Below are positions 8,937 through 17,133 of a stretch of 64,000 nt of DNA, one piece after another (the stretch's first letter is position 1; each line of letters opens with the position of its first letter). Where the stretch lies: the NCBI GenBank assembly GCA_041660405.1, contig JBAZWL010000019.1, positions 9,792-73,791 on the forward strand, written 5' to 3'. The translations under genes and the position numbers were made by a program. Source of the DNA: Taibaiella sp. Lineage in GTDB: Bacteria > Bacteroidota > Bacteroidia > Chitinophagales > Chitinophagaceae. The notes beneath the pieces are model-generated. The model ran no database searches and was not told where the DNA came from. It saw only the letters and a program-made list of their open reading frames with translations.

Positions 8937-9701
8937 ATGACCATTCCCCTAAAAGAGAAAAGCCCCAAAACAAAAAAAGCAACATCGCAAAACGATAGCG
9001 AAAAGATTTTTCTGGAAGGCCCGCGGTCCAGGTTTCAGGAACTTATCTTTTCCATAAAGGTTTTGTTTGAGTTTATAAGAGGCTTTCGTGTATTACATTT
9101 TGTTGGCCCTTGTGTAGCTGTTTTTGGCTCTGCCAGGGTGAAAGAAGACTCCTTACATTATGAAAACGCACGAAAAATGGGGTCAGGACTTGCTGGTCTT
9201 GGATTTACGGTAATTACCGGTGGTGGCCCTGGTATTATGGAAGCAGCGAACAGGGGAGCAAAAGAGTATGGAGGTGCTTCAGTGGGTTGCAATATAAAGT
9301 TACCTATGGAACAAACACCTAATCCTTATATGGATAAATGGTTTGCCTGCAAATATTTCTTTGTAAGAAAAGTCCTGATGTTCAAATATTCCAATGCCTT
9401 TGTGATCATGCCTGGTGGTATCGGTACCCTGGATGAATTTTTTGAGGCATTAACCTTGATACAAACCCATAAAATATTGGACTTCCCAATTGTCATTTTC
9501 GGGAAAGAATATTGGGAGCCTCTTATGCCACTATTCCACGGCATGCTGGAGGCTCGCATGATCTCTGCTTCAGACCTTAAATATGTTTTGTTTACTGATG
9601 ATCTGGATGAAGCACTGGAACATATAAAAAAGGTGGCGCTTGAGAAGTATGCAGAAAGACGAAAGAAATCATTTCATCGGTTTCTTGCTCTGGGAGAATA
9701 A
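8937..9701 (+). CDS. LOG family nucleotide phosphoribohydrolase (TIGR00730-like)
   Basis: VFGSAR, TGGGPGIMEAAN, FFVRK, PGGIGTLDE. Confidence 0.9.
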   Translation: MTIPLKEKSPKTKKATSQNDSEKIFLEGPRSRFQELIFSIKVLFEFIRGFRVLHFVGPCVAVFGSARVKEDSLHYENARKMGSGLAGLGFTVITGGGPGIMEAANRGAKEYGGASVGCNIKLPMEQTPNPYMDKWFACKYFFVRKVLMFKYSNAFVIMPGGIGTLDEFFEALTLIQTHKILDFPIVIFGKEYWEPLMPLFHGMLEARMISASDLKYVLFTDDLDEALEHIKKVALEKYAERRKKSFHRFLALGE

Positions 9702-9741
9702 TCCTGGATATGCGCCTCTAACCTACTCAATACGTAAAAAA

Positions 9742-9786
9742 AACAGATAGGATTCTTACAAAGGCTTTGTCAGAATCCTATCTGTT
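9742..9786. terminator. Bidirectional intrinsic terminator
   Basis: AACAGATAGGATTCT.ACAAA / TTTGT.AGAATCCTATCTGTT. Confidence 0.8.
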
Positions 9787-9817
9787 ATGAAAGATGTTAT
9801 TCCGCTGATGATAGAAA

Positions 9818-11131
9818 TCAATTCAAATCATAAACGTCATCGTGATAGGTCAATGTACCTGTCTGAATATCGGCAGTAGAATAAATAACAAAAACAGGTA
9901 CAGGATCGTGAACTGGTTTGACCACCGGCTTCTGACCTCTGACGCAGGCAGCAAGAAAAGCTTCATCAAAATCTCCTTTAAGTAAGTATTCGATAAGTTC
10001 GACCGGCTTCTCGATTCTGATACAACCATGGCTGAAATAACGTTTAGTCGAAGCAAAAGCGAATTTCATATTGGTATCATGAAGGTATACACTGTACGGA
10101 CTGGTCAGATTCAGTTTGATTACACCTAAGGCATTGTCACAACCTGTAGACTGCCGGAAGCGGTAGGGAAAGTTCTTTTTTGAAAAACCTTTCCAGTTCA
10201 GCGCCTTATGATCTATAATGTTTCCCTTTGCGTCAATTACCTGCATATTCATAAAGTCAAGCACTCCCGCGCCTTTCTTACATAGAGGCAATATTTCGTT
10301 TAAGGCTATACTTTGAGGTACATTCCAATAGGGATACAGAATTACCTGATTGCAGTAGGTTGCAAATCTCGGTGTTGGTGTGGAAGGCTTACCTGTTACT
10401 ACTTTCATTTCAAGAATCATGCTATCCTTTTCATAATAGTGCAGCATTCCTGATGCTATATTTACAACTATACACTTTTCGAAATGAAAATGATAAATCC
10501 ACCTGTAATAGTCCAATGCCCTGATTAATTGTTTCAGCCTCTCCTTATCGATTGACGTATCCGTTAATGATAAAGTGTTTATGAGTTGGCTATAACCCAG
10601 CGTTTTTGGTTCAAGCGCCTCCATGTTATCACGGAGCTCGCGGCTGTTTTTACTTCGGTTCAACAAATCCAAAATATATCTGTTGTCTGCAGCTTCCGAT
10701 TTTTGTGAAAGCTCATCGTTGCTAATCATTGTTCCTGAAATACGTCCCTGAAATATGTCCTTCATATAAGAAACCGCTGCATCAGTATACGTCTTTTCGT
10801 AGCTCATCAATGTTTCAAACGGAACGTGCTCTTCTGCCAGATGTTTTTTTAAATACTCATAATGATAGTCCTCCTTGTTTAGGCCTTTTGTAATACTTTT
10901 TTCCAATATCCAGATCAGTTCCCGCCGTAAATCCAAGGCACTAGAATCCGGAGTGAACCAGAGGCAATTTCCAGCCCTTGCTATATAGAATGCATTTACT
11001 AAACCAGGATTGACAAGTGCCCTTTGCTGTGCATCCTCTGAATAAACAGGCTTAATCCCGCAATACAACAATGGCAATGCAAAAGCAATACGCCAGCCGA
11101 TTTTTCGAAAAAAAATAGCCTTTGCTTTCAT
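9818..11131 (-). CDS. L,D-transpeptidase, YcbB/LdtD-like scaffold plus YkuD domain
   Basis: VVNI, VVTGKP.TPTP, PYWNVP.SI, VYLHDT...SHGCIR; start placed downstream of the promoter at 11186. Confidence 0.88.
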   Translation of the reverse strand: MKAKAIFFRKIGWRIAFALPLLYCGIKPVYSEDAQQRALVNPGLVNAFYIARAGNCLWFTPDSSALDLRRELIWILEKSITKGLNKEDYHYEYLKKHLAEEHVPFETLMSYEKTYTDAAVSYMKDIFQGRISGTMISNDELSQKSEAADNRYILDLLNRSKNSRELRDNMEALEPKTLGYSQLINTLSLTDTSIDKERLKQLIRALDYYRWIYHFHFEKCIVVNIASGMLHYYEKDSMILEMKVVTGKPSTPTPRFATYCNQVILYPYWNVPQSIALNEILPLCKKGAGVLDFMNMQVIDAKGNIIDHKALNWKGFSKKNFPYRFRQSTGCDNALGVIKLNLTSPYSVYLHDTNMKFAFASTKRYFSHGCIRIEKPVELIEYLLKGDFDEAFLAACVRGQKPVVKPVHDPVPVFVIYSTADIQTGTLTYHDDVYDLN

Positions 11132-11185
11132 AATATTTATTCGCCGCATATTATCATTTATTAGATTCCAGAAAATAGCTTTATA

Positions 11186-11251
11186 CAAAAGTGAGATGAA
11201 AAAACCTGTCATTCAATGATGACCATTACGATTCCCTTTGACACCAATCAG
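11186..11251 (-). promoter_or_regulatory. -7 element plus tandem FNR-like boxes (internal promoter for the L,D-transpeptidase)
   Basis: CACTTTTG (rc 11186-11193), 22-nt gap, ATGATGACCATTAC 11216, TTGACACCAATCAG 11238. Confidence 0.7.
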
Positions 11252-13749
11252 TTTGAGGAAATTCGCTTACGCCATTTTACAATTTCAAACCAGAGAACGG
11301 AAGCGCATCCGGTAACAACAGCCAAAACTGTATCCTGAGGCGACATAAGATTGAATCCAAAAAAATCTCGCCATGCAGGGATATAAATAATCATAGCAGT
11401 CAGGCATAAAGTAATGCTGATGATCAGCGGTACAAGATTGTTTTTATAACTTAGCGTTGTAAAGAGCGAATAATAAAATGACCTATTCTCCAGCGTAAGG
11501 CAAATGTTAGCTGTAATCAACACGATAAAGACAAGCGTACGTGTGTCCCTCTCGCTATAGTGGCCATTTGCACAGTATAGGTATATAAATAATGCAGCTA
11601 TTGTAATTGCCAGCCCTTGCAGGATGCTTGTTAACATCTCCTGCCCGGTCAAAAATGCAGCACGAAAAACCCTTGGCTTTTGATGCATTATATTAGCCTC
11701 CATAGGTTCACTTTCGTAAATGATTGAACAGGTAGGACCCATAATTAACTCAAGGAAAATAATATGCACCGGAGATAAAAGGTTAGGATACAGCCATCCA
11801 AGGGCCAAAGGAATAAAAACGGTAAGAATAATCGGTATGTGAATAGAAATGATATACTGAATTGCTTTTTTCAGATTAGAATAGATTCTCCTTCCTATGG
11901 CAATTGCATCAACCATTTTTGAAAGGTCATCTTCGAGCAATATAAGTGAAGCTGCTTCTCTTGCAATTCCAGTCCCTTTATTACCCATAGCGATCCCAAT
12001 GTGAGCTGCCTTTAATGCAGGGCCATCATTGATACCATCGCCGGTCATGGCTACTATTTCTTTCGTTCTTTTTAACGCATTAATGATCTTCAATTTGGCC
12101 TCGGGAAATACCCTTGTGAAGACCTGGTTATCTCTGACACATTTGTCCAATACTGCGTCATTCATAGTCATAACCTCATTGCCATCTACACTTTTCTCAC
12201 ATCCTCTAAGCCCTATCAAACGGGCTATGGCCTTTGTGGTAACAGCATTATCTCCTGTTAAAATCTTTACAGATAAACCGGCATCATAAAAATCATGGAG
12301 TACATCAGCGATATTGCTTTTAGGAGGATCATAAAAAGCTACAATACCATAGAATGAAAAAGCAAAATCCTGTTGATGTTTTGGAAAATCGTTTCCATTA
12401 TAGTCCGTTTTCCCTACCCCCAATAATCTGTAACCTTCATTTGCCAGGCTATCAATCGCCATATTCAAATGCTGTCGCTGCACGTCATCTAACTCCGAAA
12501 CAGCTATAAGTGCTTCGGGAGCACCTTTTGCAGCGATTATCCGGTTGCCACTGGCATCATCAAAAACATGGGTCATCATAGGTGGCTTGCCTCCCAGGGG
12601 ATACTCATGCACTAATTTGTACAGCGAACGCTCATCAGTAGTATTGTACTTTGCATAAGCTTCATGTAACGCAATTTCCATGGGATCAAATGGTATGGGT
12701 TCACTTGCCCACATGGCCATCCTGACCAGTTCCTTTTCTTCAATGTTCAATTCATTTTTCAGCGTGTTGATTGTCCCTGTTCTTATAGAATAGATGGCAG
12801 CCAGTGCCATTTTATTTTCTGTTATGGTTCCTGTCTTGTCAGTACAAATTACGGTTGCGCTACCAAGCGTTTCTACCACCTTCATCTGTTTAACTAAAAT
12901 GCCCTTTTTCACGAGTGCCCATGAGCCTAAAGCCATGAATGTGGTAAAAGCGACTGGTATTTCTTCCGGCAGAATACTCATAGCCAACGTGAGTGCTTTT
13001 TGCAGGCTATCAAGAACCAGGTTACTGTTCATGAAGTTAATCAGCCATACGATCAGAAACACCAACGCGCCAGCCAATGCCATTTTTCTTACAAAATTGT
13101 TGATCTGAATTTCAAGGGGGCTCTTTTCTTCTTTGATTTGCTCCAGGCTTTTGCCAATGATACCTAACCGGGTTTTATTACCAATTGAAATAACCCTGCC
13201 AATGGCCAAACCACTGACAACAATGGTACCTTTGTAGATATAATGATCTTCTTTTGCCTGGTCTTTAAAAACAGGCAAGGACTCGCCTGTAAGCATGGAT
13301 TCATTTACAGAAAAATCGTTGGATTGAATAATTTCAGCATCTGCTTCTATGACCGAGCCCTCTTCTGCTACAAGTGTATCACCTACTACAAGTTCATCGG
13401 TATTGATCTCTTGCCGCATTCCGTTTCTGATCACCTTGCACCCAGGAGCGGACAGCTTTGTTATTTCTCTTAAAGCATTACGGCTTCTCGTATCCTGGTA
13501 CCATGAAATGGAAGCGACCAATATGATTGCTCCAGCAAGAAAAAAACCATCACTTATGCTTCCGTTCAAAAAATATACGGCGGAGGCAACCAGCAATAAG
13601 ATGATCATAGGTTCCCTGACTAGCCTTCCTACCTGAATTAAAAAGGCATATTGCTTTTTGTAACTGAGCCGGTTATAGCCGTGCACCGCTCTGGATGCGA
13701 TAACTTCAGCGTCGGTTAATCCCTTAATATCTTTCTCAGCAAGAGGCAT
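11248..13749 (-). CDS. Cation-translocating P-type ATPase (type II-like, atypical M4 PEEIP)
   Basis: TGES, DKTGT, KGAPE, TGD, GDGINDGP. Confidence 0.95.
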   Translation of the reverse strand: MPLAEKDIKGLTDAEVIASRAVHGYNRLSYKKQYAFLIQVGRLVREPMIILLLVASAVYFLNGSISDGFFLAGAIILVASISWYQDTRSRNALREITKLSAPGCKVIRNGMRQEINTDELVVGDTLVAEEGSVIEADAEIIQSNDFSVNESMLTGESLPVFKDQAKEDHYIYKGTIVVSGLAIGRVISIGNKTRLGIIGKSLEQIKEEKSPLEIQINNFVRKMALAGALVFLIVWLINFMNSNLVLDSLQKALTLAMSILPEEIPVAFTTFMALGSWALVKKGILVKQMKVVETLGSATVICTDKTGTITENKMALAAIYSIRTGTINTLKNELNIEEKELVRMAMWASEPIPFDPMEIALHEAYAKYNTTDERSLYKLVHEYPLGGKPPMMTHVFDDASGNRIIAAKGAPEALIAVSELDDVQRQHLNMAIDSLANEGYRLLGVGKTDYNGNDFPKHQQDFAFSFYGIVAFYDPPKSNIADVLHDFYDAGLSVKILTGDNAVTTKAIARLIGLRGCEKSVDGNEVMTMNDAVLDKCVRDNQVFTRVFPEAKLKIINALKRTKEIVAMTGDGINDGPALKAAHIGIAMGNKGTGIAREAASLILLEDDLSKMVDAIAIGRRIYSNLKKAIQYIISIHIPIILTVFIPLALGWLYPNLLSPVHIIFLELIMGPTCSIIYESEPMEANIMHQKPRVFRAAFLTGQEMLTSILQGLAITIAALFIYLYCANGHYSERDTRTLVFIVLITANICLTLENRSFYYSLFTTLSYKNNLVPLIISITLCLTAMIIYIPAWRDFFGFNLMSPQDTVLAVVTGCASVLWFEIVKWRKRISSN

Positions 13750-13771
13750 GTATAAATGAATTTCATTAAAA

Positions 13772-13857
13772 CGACAGGTCAATATAAACTAAAGCGATTA
13801 TTCACTACTATAGATTGAGGTAATTCTTGACATTTTCCATTTTAAAAAAGATAACGT
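13772..13857 (-). pseudogene. 5' remnant of the 354-aa gene (22958..24022)
   Basis: AGGTCAATATAAACTAAAGCGATTATTC...AAAAGATAACGT matches 23940-24022; ATG mutated to ACG, rest deleted. Confidence 0.75.
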
Positions 13858-13945
13858 ATTCAAATTTCCGAAACAAACTAACAGACAAGCAATCCGTTTT
13901 TTTATATACTGGTCAGACCGTTTCATGCGTTGATATTTAGTCTTG

Positions 13946-13989
13946 CGAAGTAAGCGTGATTCTATGTTTTAAGGAATGACGGGCATCAC
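13946..13989 (-). promoter_or_regulatory. -7 element plus FNR-like box upstream of the P-type ATPase (copy of the 24073 promoter)
   Basis: TTACTTCG (rc 13946-13953), 22-nt gap, ATGACGGGCATCAC 13976. Confidence 0.7.
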
Positions 13990-14088
13990 TAATAGGAACC
14001 TTTCTCGTCACCATCAAAAAATTTGAACTGATGATGAGACAGTTTAATCTTCTTTTTGAGTAAAACTCCTGGCTGGATTTATTGTTAT

Positions 14089-14154
14089 TTGACATATGTC
14101 ACATCATGTCATGATGTGTATCATAGGACGAAGGGCGGGACTATGACAATTTTG
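14089..14154 (+). promoter_or_regulatory. Orphan copy of the ppsA promoter
   Basis: TTGACATATGTCAC 14089, ATGATGTGTATCAT 14111, 22-nt gap, CAATTTTG 14147. Confidence 0.75.
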
Positions 14155-14165
14155 TCAAACAGAGG

Positions 14166-14326
14166 ATGTATCAATTCATCTCCGAAACAGTCATTGCTAA
14201 TTGCAACAGCGGCAGGTGCCTTACATCTTTTTATCAACAGAAATCAATTGACCTATTAATTAAAACAGCTGAAAGGTTTAAAAATAGTATACGGCAGAAG
14301 AAAAATTAATAGGAATAGTATTGCGA
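14166..14326 (+). pseudogene. ppsA: Collapsed ppsA remnant
   Basis: Pieces matching the ppsA start (TCTCCGAAAC), ~27220-27280 (CATCTTTTTATCAAC) and the 3' end (CTGAAAGGT...GGCAGAAGAAAAATTAATAG). Confidence 0.8.
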
Positions 14327-14349
14327 AATGATATTCCATAAAACTAACA

Positions 14350-14415
14350 ATGATCATAATCATGTTTTGTCATGATTGGTATTACCAGTCATCGTGGTTG
14401 CCTTGATTATTTTTG
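14350..14415 (+). promoter_or_regulatory. Tandem FNR-like boxes plus -7 element
   Basis: ATGATCATAATCAT 14350, ATGATTGGTATTAC 14372, 22-nt gap, TATTTTTG 14408. Confidence 0.75.
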
Positions 14416-14428
14416 AATGTTGACGAAC

Positions 14429-14805
14429 ATGCATAAAGAAATAAAGCTTGCAAGGGCACATTGTATAAAAGAATGCAGGAAATGGCCGGCAATTTTAAAT
14501 GAATTGCGAACACGAAATGTCCAGCTCAAGGAGCAACTTTCGCAAGCTATCAAAGGCGATGTAAGTCTTTCATTTGTAGAACAGGCAGAAATTTTCCAGC
14601 AAAAATTTGTCGAAAAAGACCAAATTTTAGAACTATTGCGCCACGATGTAAGGGCAATGTTGGATAAGCTGTTGGAGCATCCAATTACCAGTATGGCAGA
14701 ACGTCAATATACTATATGAAAAAGGATATGGTAAAACTAATGGATGAGTTTCACTATATGGAAATGTCCTTTTCACAGTTTGTAGTTTCGAATAGAAACA
14801 AGTGA
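14429..14805 (+). pseudogene. Frameshifted copy of the helical hypothetical 29576..29953
   Basis: Near-identical sequence; 1-nt loss near 14715 gives a premature TGA while homology continues to TGA 14803-14805. Confidence 0.85.
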
Positions 14806-14896
14806 CATAAAAGCTCATTCCGTACTTATAAACCTGCTATTGCCGCACTTTAATTATGCGGCATTTTCTGTACTTTCATGGCAAAATACAACTTCG

Positions 14897-15520
14897 TCAA
14901 TTATACATATTTAGTAGCTTGGCGTAATTCAGTATTTTGATCTTACTCCCTTCCAAAACAATTAGTTTTTCATCTTTAAGTTCGCTAAGCATGCGAATGA
15001 GCGATTCCTTGGCGACACCGGCTATAGCTGCCAGGTTCTCTCTGGATAAGTCTATATGAAAGGACTCGTCATTTTTCTGATTGTATTTTCTATATAGGAT
15101 TATTAAGGTGTCGGCTACTTTTTTGCGAAGTGAGTTATAGGCTATTGCCAGCAACTTTTCTTCGTTATCGTCTATATTTCGTGCAAGTATGCCAATGAAC
15201 TTTTTCATTACTGATGGGTTACTGCCAATCAGCTCTTCAAACTCCGAACGAGGAATAAGGGCTAGTTCCATGCCAAGCCCCATGGGCCTGCTTTTAGGAT
15301 GTTCATTATACTGCTCTACATGCTTTACATGTCGTTGATGAAAACGGGACGGGGTCAGTTTTTCAATGCGTTGGCCTAACACCTCATCTTCATTGTAGCC
15401 GAATTGTTTCAATAAGAACAGATTAGCGAGCTCTATTATTCCCTTAGCATTAGCAACCATAATTCCCATGGAAGCATTAAGAAACAATGCATCGAAGCTT
15501 ATGCCGGTATCATTATTCAT
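14897..15520 (-). CDS. Chimeric ORF: partial FixL-like PAS fused in frame to Crp C-helix/HTH (207 aa)
   Basis: N-part matches HK 32467-32720, C-part matches RR 30038-30409; TC junction at 15267-15268; no stop codons. Confidence 0.7.
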   Translation of the reverse strand: MNNDTGISFDALFLNASMGIMVANAKGIIELANLFLLKQFGYNEDEVLGQRIEKLTPSRFHQRHVKHVEQYNEHPKSRPMGLGMELALIPRSEFEELIGSNPSVMKKFIGILARNIDDNEEKLLAIAYNSLRKKVADTLIILYRKYNQKNDESFHIDLSRENLAAIAGVAKESLIRMLSELKDEKLIVLEGSKIKILNYAKLLNMYN

Positions 15521-15649
15521 GGGGTTTACTTTGAGCCTACCAATGTACCAAATTCCATTTATGGTTTTAATAACAAATTTCCCCTTTCTCGAAATTTCCT
15601 TTCGGGAATAGACACTCACGGACATCGCTATACTTCGCAGAAAAAATCA

Positions 15650-15808
15650 ATGCAACCGGAGCAATATTTCAAGTCCATTTTATCGATCAAAGCCAACGAG
15701 ATTTCAACTATTCACCAACAAATTGCTGATGACCTGAATTCATCATACCAGGTAATATCGTCGCTGTTGAGAAAATGGAACAATTCTGTGCCAATTCACA
15801 AGCTTTGA
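15650..15808 (+). pseudogene. Remnant of a Crp/Fnr-type HTH gene
   Basis: 52-codon frame with ISTIHQQIADDLNSSYQVISSLLRK, resembling the THQ.IA.DL.SSREVISRLLK Crp HTH. Confidence 0.55.
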
Positions 15809-16026
15809 ATTATAGATAAAGGATAATCTGTTATTTCTTCCATCGTCACGCCCAATATGCCAGCAATTTTCTCTATCCTCTCCTGGCTTATTCCAATTAT
15901 TCCATTTTCCATCTTGCCATAGTTGGCATGGCTCATGCTCAAAATTTGCGCCATATATTTTTGCGTATAATTCCGCAGCAAACGAATTTTCTTGATATTG
16001 TTTCCTACACTCATAGTATTCCCCAT
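15796..16026 (-). CDS. XRE-family HTH transcriptional regulator
   Basis: VGNNIKKIR...TQKYMA..L.MS...YGKMENG. Confidence 0.88.
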   Translation of the reverse strand: MGNTMSVGNNIKKIRLLRNYTQKYMAQILSMSHANYGKMENGIIGISQERIEKIAGILGVTMEEITDYPLSIIQSL

Positions 16027-16052
16027 TTACAGCTATGTGGCTTTTGAATGAA

Positions 16053-16649
16053 TCAATCTTTAATCCAGCATCTCAACAAGGTATTAAAGCTCGCCACCAG
16101 ACGGTATCCTGACGGAACTACTTCACGAAAGCTGTGATAAGTAACCAGCCGTGTACCACCAGGTTTCCCTTCCAACGCCTTTAATAAATAATGGGTATAA
16201 TATTCATATAGACTTAAGGAGTGATCAATACTTTCATCTATGCGAAACTCCTCATCAACCAGGTTTTCATAAAAAGAATTATAGAAATAGAAATGATCAA
16301 ACTTGCTTAAGTCAAGCTGGGTAAAGTTTCCATGTATGAAGACTGCATTGTCTATTGCAGTAAGTTGTTTCACGTTTTCAGCTAGTTGGACCAGTTCTTT
16401 GCGTTGCTCCACACCAAAAAAATGACTATCCGGATAACGCTGTCCACCCACCAGGCAAAATTTACCTATACCAGATCCGACATCAAGGATACGGGAGCCA
16501 GGTTCCTCTGCTAAAAAGCCAGCAGCCATTGCAGCTATGGCAACAGGAGTCCAGTGTTTATCCGAAAGCTGCCGTACAGACCTGGGATATAAACGATCGA
16601 AATGCTCATCACTTTCAAAATGTGAGGTATCTGATAAAGTTGTCGTCAT
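16053..16649 (-). CDS. Class I SAM-dependent methyltransferase (DOT1-like pattern)
   Basis: HWTP, ILDVGSGIGKF, GVEQR, HGNF, FYFYNSF. Confidence 0.85.
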   Translation of the reverse strand: MTTTLSDTSHFESDEHFDRLYPRSVRQLSDKHWTPVAIAAMAAGFLAEEPGSRILDVGSGIGKFCLVGGQRYPDSHFFGVEQRKELVQLAENVKQLTAIDNAVFIHGNFTQLDLSKFDHFYFYNSFYENLVDEEFRIDESIDHSLSLYEYYTHYLLKALEGKPGGTRLVTYHSFREVVPSGYRLVASFNTLLRCWIKD

Positions 16650-16651
16650 GC

Positions 16652-17071
16652 TTAAAGGTTAGAATTGATAGGTGAAAGACCTGATGGAAACCGTTTTGCA
16701 TATAAAGTATGATGCAACAAATGCTTATTGTTTCCTTGCAGTTGCGGATGAACCTTAAACAACCATCCTGCCTCCTCGGGCTGCTCTGTAATCATTTCCC
16801 ATTGGCCTTTTTCAATAATACTATTTACCTCAATCAACATACAGGCAACAGGCGCATACATTGGGATAATATACTCCTTGTAGTGAAGGTTAAGCAACAC
16901 GGTACCCTGCTCCAGCCTATCTCCTTTTTTGTGGTTAAACAACCTGATGTCATCAATTTTAGGAATGCCTGTCAACTTAAACCGGGCTATACCTGTAAAG
17001 GCAGCAGCTCCACTAAAATGGATCCAGTCATGCTCCCTGGTGTAAAATAATTCGTCGGATAATAAGTGCAT
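16652..17071 (-). CDS. Glycine-cleavage H-protein-like protein with a degenerate lipoyl motif
   Basis: FYTREHDW, TGI, YAPV, EVN, P...GWLFK match the GcvH fold; ESVKA replaced by HYKEY. Confidence 0.75.
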   Translation of the reverse strand: MHLLSDELFYTREHDWIHFSGAAAFTGIARFKLTGIPKIDDIRLFNHKKGDRLEQGTVLLNLHYKEYIIPMYAPVACMLIEVNSIIEKGQWEMITEQPEEAGWLFKVHPQLQGNNKHLLHHTLYAKRFPSGLSPINSNL

Positions 17072-17133
17072 ATTTATGAATAATAAAGTTTCGAGAAATA
17101 CTCATGTTGATATTTGTTTCAATCTTGTTCCGG

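Larger units (their letters stand above)
13455..15520. repeat. Degenerate, internally deleted duplicate of 22551..32720
   Basis: Collinear blocks: 13455-13771~22551-22871; 13772-13990~23938-24116; 14089-14326~27011-29471 (fragments); 14340-14870~29490-30016; 14897-15268~30038-30409; 15267-15520~32467-32720. Confidence 0.92.

Noticed and set aside
14056-14259. 67-aa ORF as a real gene
   Set aside because: It runs across the duplicated ppsA promoter and relic; better explained as chance
15521-15625. N-terminal extension of the PAS-Crp chimera given in the ORF track
   Set aside because: Homology to the kinase begins at ATG 15520; upstream codons have no counterpart
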